Part shown: positions 58,507 to 63,143 of the stretch, piece after piece
Numbering within the stretch: the stretch's first letter is position 1
Layout of the letters: each line of letters begins with the position of its first letter
Virus record (IMG/VR): IMGVR_UViG_3300035515_000158
Reading direction: 5' to 3' (one strand)
Length of the DNA: 63,143 nt
From: a virus
Lineage: Duplodnaviria; Heunggongvirae; Uroviricota; Caudoviricetes
Made by a program: the position numbers and the translations under genes
Notes under the pieces: model-generated
What the model was told of the DNA's origin: nothing
Seen by the model: only the letters and a program-made list of their open reading frames with translations
Databases searched by the model: none

Positions 58507-58980
58507 TTACTGAGCTGAGTCCCATCCATCAACAAATTCCTGTAGAGTGGGTTGTCCCTCACAGTAGGTTGAAAACTTGGCCAAGACAACTAACTTAACC
58601 AGAACATCTAAAGGATCACCAGATTTATGGAAAATGACTTCCAGAGTTTCTTTAAGTGTCAGAGTAATGTCAACTTCATGATTTTGGCACACGATTATGG
58701 TCAACTCATATTTACTGGGGTCGATTTTCAGTGCATCTATCAGTGACCAGAGAGACCAAGCAGGATACATGATGTCTGGATCCGTGTCTGAGTTCGGTAG
58801 TAGTTCACGTTGTAGACCATACTCATTATTTTCAAATCTTTCTTCATATTCGTTTTTCGTAATGAAGTTTCCCTCCATGTCTTTGAATATCCAATGATGG
58901 TCAGCTGAGTCAGGATTAATTCCACAGTCGAGAAGAATTGATGACTGTTTGATGGTTGTTACTGTTTTATTCGATGTCAT
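58507..58980 (-). CDS. Hypothetical protein, paralog of 53595-53957
   Basis: TTIKQS.ILL..GI.PDSAD...PAWSLWSLI. Confidence 0.65.
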   Translation of the reverse strand: MTSNKTVTTIKQSSILLDCGINPDSADHHWIFKDMEGNFITKNEYEERFENNEYGLQRELLPNSDTDPDIMYPAWSLWSLIDALKIDPSKYELTIIVCQNHEVDITLTLKETLEVIFHKSGDPLDVLVKLVVLAKFSTYCEGQPTLQEFVDGWDSAQ

Positions 58981-59200
58981 ATTTTGGTTTAATTTGATAT
59001 TCCTTTCTGGTTGGATCAGGAAATTGAGTTATCTCTATCGGTAGTGCCTCATCTATCCATCTTAAATCTGGCCAAAGTGCTGAGTCAATTTGGAACTCAT
59101 CTCCTCGACCACACCAGATTTTATAGTGGTTATGACGAGCTGGTTTTGATTTGAATAAGTGAAGGACATCATTTCCATCACGAGCTACATAAAATTTCAT
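58967..59200 (-). CDS. Small hypothetical protein
   Basis: MKFYVARD...LHLF..KP...LWPDL.W.DE. Confidence 0.6.
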   Translation of the reverse strand: MKFYVARDGNDVLHLFKSKPARHNHYKIWCGRGDEFQIDSALWPDLRWIDEALPIEITQFPDPTRKEYQIKPKYDIE

Positions 59201-59673
59201 TCTTCCGGTTTTTGATGTCGTTCCATTGCAGATAATAAAACTTGGTAGGATTGGAATAGTGGAGTTGACCGTGCGATTTCTTTCGTCTGGAAATAATTAC
59301 ATATCATCCATCGAGTTTGGTCTTTAGTAGTGTCCATCTCAGTGTCCTCCCGAATCGTTCCAACCTCATCAATGTAGTAGTAAGTGTCCCCTTCATCACC
59401 TCGCCACCTCAGAGGAATCTTGTCTGACCATTTTGACCAATCCTGTTGTCTCTTGTTAGGAAATATCATCAGCTCACTATTAGGAAAATCAACAGGTCGA
59501 CCAAATTCATCAAAGACAACCTCATCTCCATCTAAGACCTTGAACTGAAGCCGGCGGTACTCTAAAAAACTCTGGAAGTACATATCACCATAAAGAGGAC
59601 TCCAGAACAACGTAGGAAACCACCGGAGTTCATCTCGGCTATGTAAAGTGTCGAATAGATTGAATTTACTCAT
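59197..59673 (-). CDS. Paralog family member lacking the N-terminal KOW-like domain
   Basis: WSPLYG...LMIFPNKRQQDWSKW...YYYIDEVG...NYF. Confidence 0.65.
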   Translation of the reverse strand: MSKFNLFDTLHSRDELRWFPTLFWSPLYGDMYFQSFLEYRRLQFKVLDGDEVVFDEFGRPVDFPNSELMIFPNKRQQDWSKWSDKIPLRWRGDEGDTYYYIDEVGTIREDTEMDTTKDQTRWMICNYFQTKEIARSTPLFQSYQVLLSAMERHQKPEE

Positions 59674-59968
59674 GTTTTAGTCGATTATATGTCTGGTAAC
59701 TTTCTTCAAAAAACGGATCACTGAAGTCCGGAAAGAAAGCATCCATGATTAACTTGGTTTCTACACTTGGTTCAGGACTACGGTAATCAGGACAAATATA
59801 ATTGCAGATTAACTGAGCGAACCTTTGACTTGGGTATTCTTCAATTAATGTCTTGATTTCGTCGGCTCGGTTTTGAATCACACTGTTGGATTTGATTAGC
59901 TCATAAATCTGATAGTTGTAATTCTGCCTTTGACCGACACCAAGAGGTACATTGGTCACTATACTCAT
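59666..59968 (-). CDS. Hypothetical protein
   Basis: YPSQRFAQLI...DPFFEES. Confidence 0.6.
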   Translation of the reverse strand: MSIVTNVPLGVGQRQNYNYQIYELIKSNSVIQNRADEIKTLIEEYPSQRFAQLICNYICPDYRSPEPSVETKLIMDAFFPDFSDPFFEESYQTYNRLKHE

Positions 59969-60597
59969 TGTTCCGTATTTAATAGTTTATACAATTCACT
60001 ATCTTCTGCGAATTCTCTCGTGCGAAAATAGTTGTGAATAACATATCTCTGTCGGTCTTGGTAACTGTCACAATCTCGAACATAAACAATATCACCAATA
60101 TCATTCACATAGTAGTAAGATTGATTTATCTCAGCACGCCAACCTGTATGGATGTTTTTCAGTTTTGTCCAATCTCTCTGGTATGCATCTGGAAACAGGA
60201 GACATTCACCAGCGGGAGTTGCGTCGAGTCTTCCAAACCTGTCGAATATGTGAGCTCGGATATCTATTTCGGAATCTACCTCCCAAACCAAAATCTCACC
60301 AGTGTCCATTGCATTCTTTAGTTCCACAAATCCATAAGCTGGTGAATACAAGATTGTCCCTTCTTTGAAATATCTCAGGATGTGGTTTATGTCCACCCGG
60401 CTTTCTTCAATCAGGAAATCATCATACCATTTGAACCTTCCATCATCTTCATACATCTGGTAACTTCCATCTGGGTTCACATCACAAACAGTCATGACCT
60501 CATCTATGAACTGTTCCATTCCAGATATAATTTTAGCTGATGAATTGAACTGACCGAGACTCACACGAACTTTATCGTATTTCGTATATTTAGCCAT
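59965..60597 (-). CDS. Paralog family member
   Basis: GTILYSPAYG...GECLLFPDAYQRDW...YYYVNDIG...HNYF. Confidence 0.7.
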   Translation of the reverse strand: MAKYTKYDKVRVSLGQFNSSAKIISGMEQFIDEVMTVCDVNPDGSYQMYEDDGRFKWYDDFLIEESRVDINHILRYFKEGTILYSPAYGFVELKNAMDTGEILVWEVDSEIDIRAHIFDRFGRLDATPAGECLLFPDAYQRDWTKLKNIHTGWRAEINQSYYYVNDIGDIVYVRDCDSYQDRQRYVIHNYFRTREFAEDSELYKLLNTEQ

Positions 60598-60599
60598 CT

Positions 60600-61277
60600 T
60601 TAACTTTCCCTTTCTCGATAGATACGCCAGAATTTACTTCCTTTCACATCTCGTTCATTAATAAAATAGTTGTGGATTTTATACCTCATGTCATCTACGT
60701 CGGTGTGAAAATCCTTGGTCACTTGAATATGTCCAACCTCATCAACAAAGAAATATGAAAATCCAAAGTCCTTTCTCGGCCACTCATCAACTACTTCCAG
60801 TTCTTTCCATGATTTCACATCTTCATTAGGGAAAAGTGAAACGGGAACATGAAGTGGAGTGTTGTCATGGTTGGGTTCACAATTAAACTGTCCATATCTG
60901 TTGAACTCATAACTCTGCATGTTTTTGAGAACTCGTATGGTCTGAGTATCCGGGTTCAACATTTCTACGTAAACTGTGCCAAGAAAATTACACCACAAGT
61001 AATCATAGTCCTTGATGTTTCGGTAGATTGTTTGGAAGATATTAACAGGTTCAAAGCCAGCGAACATCTCATCTCGCCAAACATTTCCACCCCCATCCTC
61101 ATCAATCAAATAACTGTCATCAATCACATCAGAGATAGTTACGGTCTGGTCACAAAATTTAACCATGTCAGGAGTGAAAATATAAGCACCACAAGTGACA
61201 CCTACATTCAGGAATTTCTTAGTGTCATACCAATTTTTTGATTTGACAACTACTCTATCACCTACTTTGTAATTCAT
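60600..61277 (-). CDS. Paralog family member
   Basis: YKVGDRVVVKSKNWY...LFPNED..SW...YFFVDEVG...HNYF. Confidence 0.7.
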   Translation of the reverse strand: MNYKVGDRVVVKSKNWYDTKKFLNVGVTCGAYIFTPDMVKFCDQTVTISDVIDDSYLIDEDGGGNVWRDEMFAGFEPVNIFQTIYRNIKDYDYLWCNFLGTVYVEMLNPDTQTIRVLKNMQSYEFNRYGQFNCEPNHDNTPLHVPVSLFPNEDVKSWKELEVVDEWPRKDFGFSYFFVDEVGHIQVTKDFHTDVDDMRYKIHNYFINERDVKGSKFWRIYRERES

Positions 61278-61317
61278 ATCGTTTTCTTTTTACTGATTAG
61301 ACGATTTGTTTTCGTAA

Positions 61318-61992
61318 TTAATAGTGAAGTTTATGGTATGCTTGGTAAATGTCACTACGGAAGGCCTCAGCTCTCGTGAAGAAATAATTGAATGCCTCAT
61401 AACGGAGAATGTCACGTTCAGTTGATTTATCTACTGTGCCTTGTATTGTTCCGTACTGGTCGATGAAGTAATATTCCGCATCTTCATATCGCTCACTTCT
61501 GTGGAAACCAAGGAAATTCTCCCAAGTGTTCGTCTTTGAGTCTGGGAATAAACAAGGCTGAGTTCCAATCACTTTTCCATTGAAGGTGACTTGACCATAC
61601 TTGTTAAATATCACTTCTTCTCCATCCGATGTCAGAACAGTGATGGTTTCGTCTTCATTCACATTTTCCAACTTCACATTGCCACCATAAAGAGGACAAT
61701 AGAGAACATAACCTTTCTTAGCATGTTTTAGAATGTCATATATGTTAGCGGGGAGGAATTCATCTTCCATCATTTCCTCAGTCCATCTATAACATCCACC
61801 ATCCTCATCAACTGTAAATGTGCCATCTTTAAAGGTTTCTCGAACAGTGACTATTTGACCACAGTACCGTTGCATGTCCCTGAAAAACGTATTACCATCA
61901 TCAAAAGAGATATGTCCATTGAATTGTCCATTGTAGAGACTGTCATACCACTGAAGGGATTTAACTCTATATTGATTGTTGACTTTTTTCAT
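61318..61992 (-). CDS. Paralog family member
   Basis: YRVKSLQWY...LYCPLYG...CLFPDS...YYFIDQYG...FNYF. Confidence 0.7.
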   Translation of the reverse strand: MKKVNNQYRVKSLQWYDSLYNGQFNGHISFDDGNTFFRDMQRYCGQIVTVRETFKDGTFTVDEDGGCYRWTEEMMEDEFLPANIYDILKHAKKGYVLYCPLYGGNVKLENVNEDETITVLTSDGEEVIFNKYGQVTFNGKVIGTQPCLFPDSKTNTWENFLGFHRSERYEDAEYYFIDQYGTIQGTVDKSTERDILRYEAFNYFFTRAEAFRSDIYQAYHKLHY

Positions 61993-62037
61993 TGTTTCTT
62001 GTTTTATTGGGTTTAACTTTGTTTTTTATTTACACTA

Positions 62038-62069
62038 CAAAGTTACTGGTTTTTTCTGACTTCTCCAAA
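62038..62069 (-). promoter_or_regulatory. Bacteroidota sigma-A promoter
   Basis: TTTG-N20-TAACTTTG. Confidence 0.8.
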
Positions 62070-62116
62070 TAAAAACAGCTAATTAATGTTAACAATTTCT
62101 GATTACTGATTTACGA

Positions 62117-62833
62117 TTATTTTTCGTCATCGTCAGAACCAAACAACAAATCATCAAAACAACCCGGATGTGATTCCATTGATGTTTGGTATTTTATAAT
62201 CAAATCCTCATCATTGGGAGCATTGACATGAAATCCCTTGTAAATGTCTGACTTCCGGGCTTCATCTATAGTGGGAAAATAATTGTGAACCCTCCAACGT
62301 GTGAACTCCAATTTCTTTCCCTGTTCAATGTCATGTTTAATATCACCATCGGAATCCACATAGTAATAAAAGTCATGTCGCTTCGCTTTCCAAGGTTTAT
62401 TAGGAATCACAAACTCACTCCAATCCCGGCACTTTTCACTTGGCCACAGAATACACTCTCCGGGTATGTTATCTCGCCACCGCCCAGACTTGTCAATTTC
62501 AATGATGGTTTGTTTATTCACCACACGAAGACCTATCGTATCCTTATGTACATCTACGAGTTCAACATACCCAAAGACCGGAGACCACAAGATTGTCCCT
62601 TTCGCATAAGCCAAGATAACACTCAGGTCGAACTCATACAAGTCGAACTCACATTCCATCCAGTCATTCCCACCCTCATCTTCAACAATAGTATAACCCC
62701 AGTCGGTAATTCGTGCGATAGTGACAACCTGACCAATATACTTCTCTTTCGATTTCAGTATATTGTTATGGTACATCTCAACATACCATTTGTGGGACTT
62801 TACTCTAACTTTCTCGCCAATGTTAAATTTCAT
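62117..62833 (-). CDS. Paralog family member
   Basis: FNIGEKVRVKSHKWY...GTILWSPVFG...GECILWPS..RDW...YYYVDSDG...HNYF. Confidence 0.7.
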   Translation of the reverse strand: MKFNIGEKVRVKSHKWYVEMYHNNILKSKEKYIGQVVTIARITDWGYTIVEDEGGNDWMECEFDLYEFDLSVILAYAKGTILWSPVFGYVELVDVHKDTIGLRVVNKQTIIEIDKSGRWRDNIPGECILWPSEKCRDWSEFVIPNKPWKAKRHDFYYYVDSDGDIKHDIEQGKKLEFTRWRVHNYFPTIDEARKSDIYKGFHVNAPNDEDLIIKYQTSMESHPGCFDDLLFGSDDDEK

Positions 62834-62844
62834 GATACTAATCG

Positions 62845-62979
62845 TTAAAGTTCATAGTCAAAGTCGATTTCTGAACCAATTTTATCATCAGCGAAACGGT
62901 TCAAGATTTCCATTACATCTGAAAGGTCATCTTCACCATACTCATCTTTCAGAGCATCTTCAAGTCGGATTTTTTTCAT
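62845..62979 (-). CDS. Small acidic peptide (44 aa, MKKIRLEDALKDE...)
   Basis: Read by hand; fills the gap between two genes. Confidence 0.5.
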   Translation of the reverse strand: MKKIRLEDALKDEYGEDDLSDVMEILNRFADDKIGSEIDFDYEL

Positions 62980-62981
62980 GA

Positions 62982-63143
62982 TTACGATTTATTTTCGTTT
63001 AGTTCAATTAAAATCTTATTGTCATCATGCGTGTTTCCAAGTACCTTCCATGTCTCAGGCTCATAACAACCATCATAATCTACTATGTCCAAATATTCCA
63101 AATCTTCAAACAACTGAGGATTGTCGGACTTGATAATCATCAC
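62982..63143 (-). CDS. Partial ORF, YopX-like C-terminus (5' end outside window)
   Basis: PETWKVLGNTHDD resembles YopX EVIGNIHD. Confidence 0.45.
   Translation of the reverse strand: MMIIKSDNPQLFEDLEYLDIVDYDGCYEPETWKVLGNTHDDNKILIELNENKS

Noticed and set aside
575-62981. Numerous short antisense or frame-shifted ORFs nested in long genes (e.g. 575, 2845, 10564, 19817, 56354, 60849, 62285)
   Set aside because: Shadows of real genes with no independent start signals or motifs
1-63143. TAG-to-Gln recoding as in Lak megaphages
   Set aside because: Late genes of 1327-3093 aa are uninterrupted in code 11 and TAG-ended genes abut the next gene normally
1-63143. tRNA, tmRNA or rRNA genes
   Set aside because: No T-loop (GGTTCGAATCC-type) or acceptor-stem signatures noticed by eye; a covariance search is still needed to exclude divergent ones

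Overview
AT-rich segment of a large, distantly T4-like (jumbo-type) bacteriophage genome, standard genetic code, very probably infecting Bacteroidota: six exact host sigma-A promoters (TTTG-N20-TAnnTTTG) and a Bacteroides-type SmpB are present. 1-18.9 kb: late structural cluster with a repeat-containing fibre gene and two giant proteins carrying a purple-acid-phosphatase-type domain (1663 aa) and a CotH-kinase-like domain (3093 aa). 18.9-34.4 kb: UvsW-like helicase, a ColE2/pAL5000-type plasmid replicase-like gene, gp2-like end protector, probable internal head proteins sharing an N-terminal leader, Stealth-like protein, GH108 muramidase, UvsY-like protein, amidase endolysin and a 1327-aa virion protein. 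34.4-49.4 kb: minus-strand accessory genes (glycosyltransferase, DUF2828/TROVE-vWA, DHH phosphoesterase, SmpB, AEP-like protein, P-loop kinase, ABC-type ATPase, many hypotheticals). 49.4-52.7 kb: a 3.3-kb non-coding locus with an AT-rich tract, inverted short repeats, a sharp GC-skew flip and a 2.4-kb G-rich array of shuffled modules containing two 117-bp TGACA...TGTCA elements; best read as a replication origin or related control locus. 52.9-63.1 kb: early region of small genes in promoter-fronted cassettes with an expanded paralog family and a nuclease-less DUF723-type repeat protein. Three promoter-like motif classes partition the window. All family assignments come from motif recognition by eye; no database search was run. 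No tRNA, rRNA, CRISPR array or integrase was seen.
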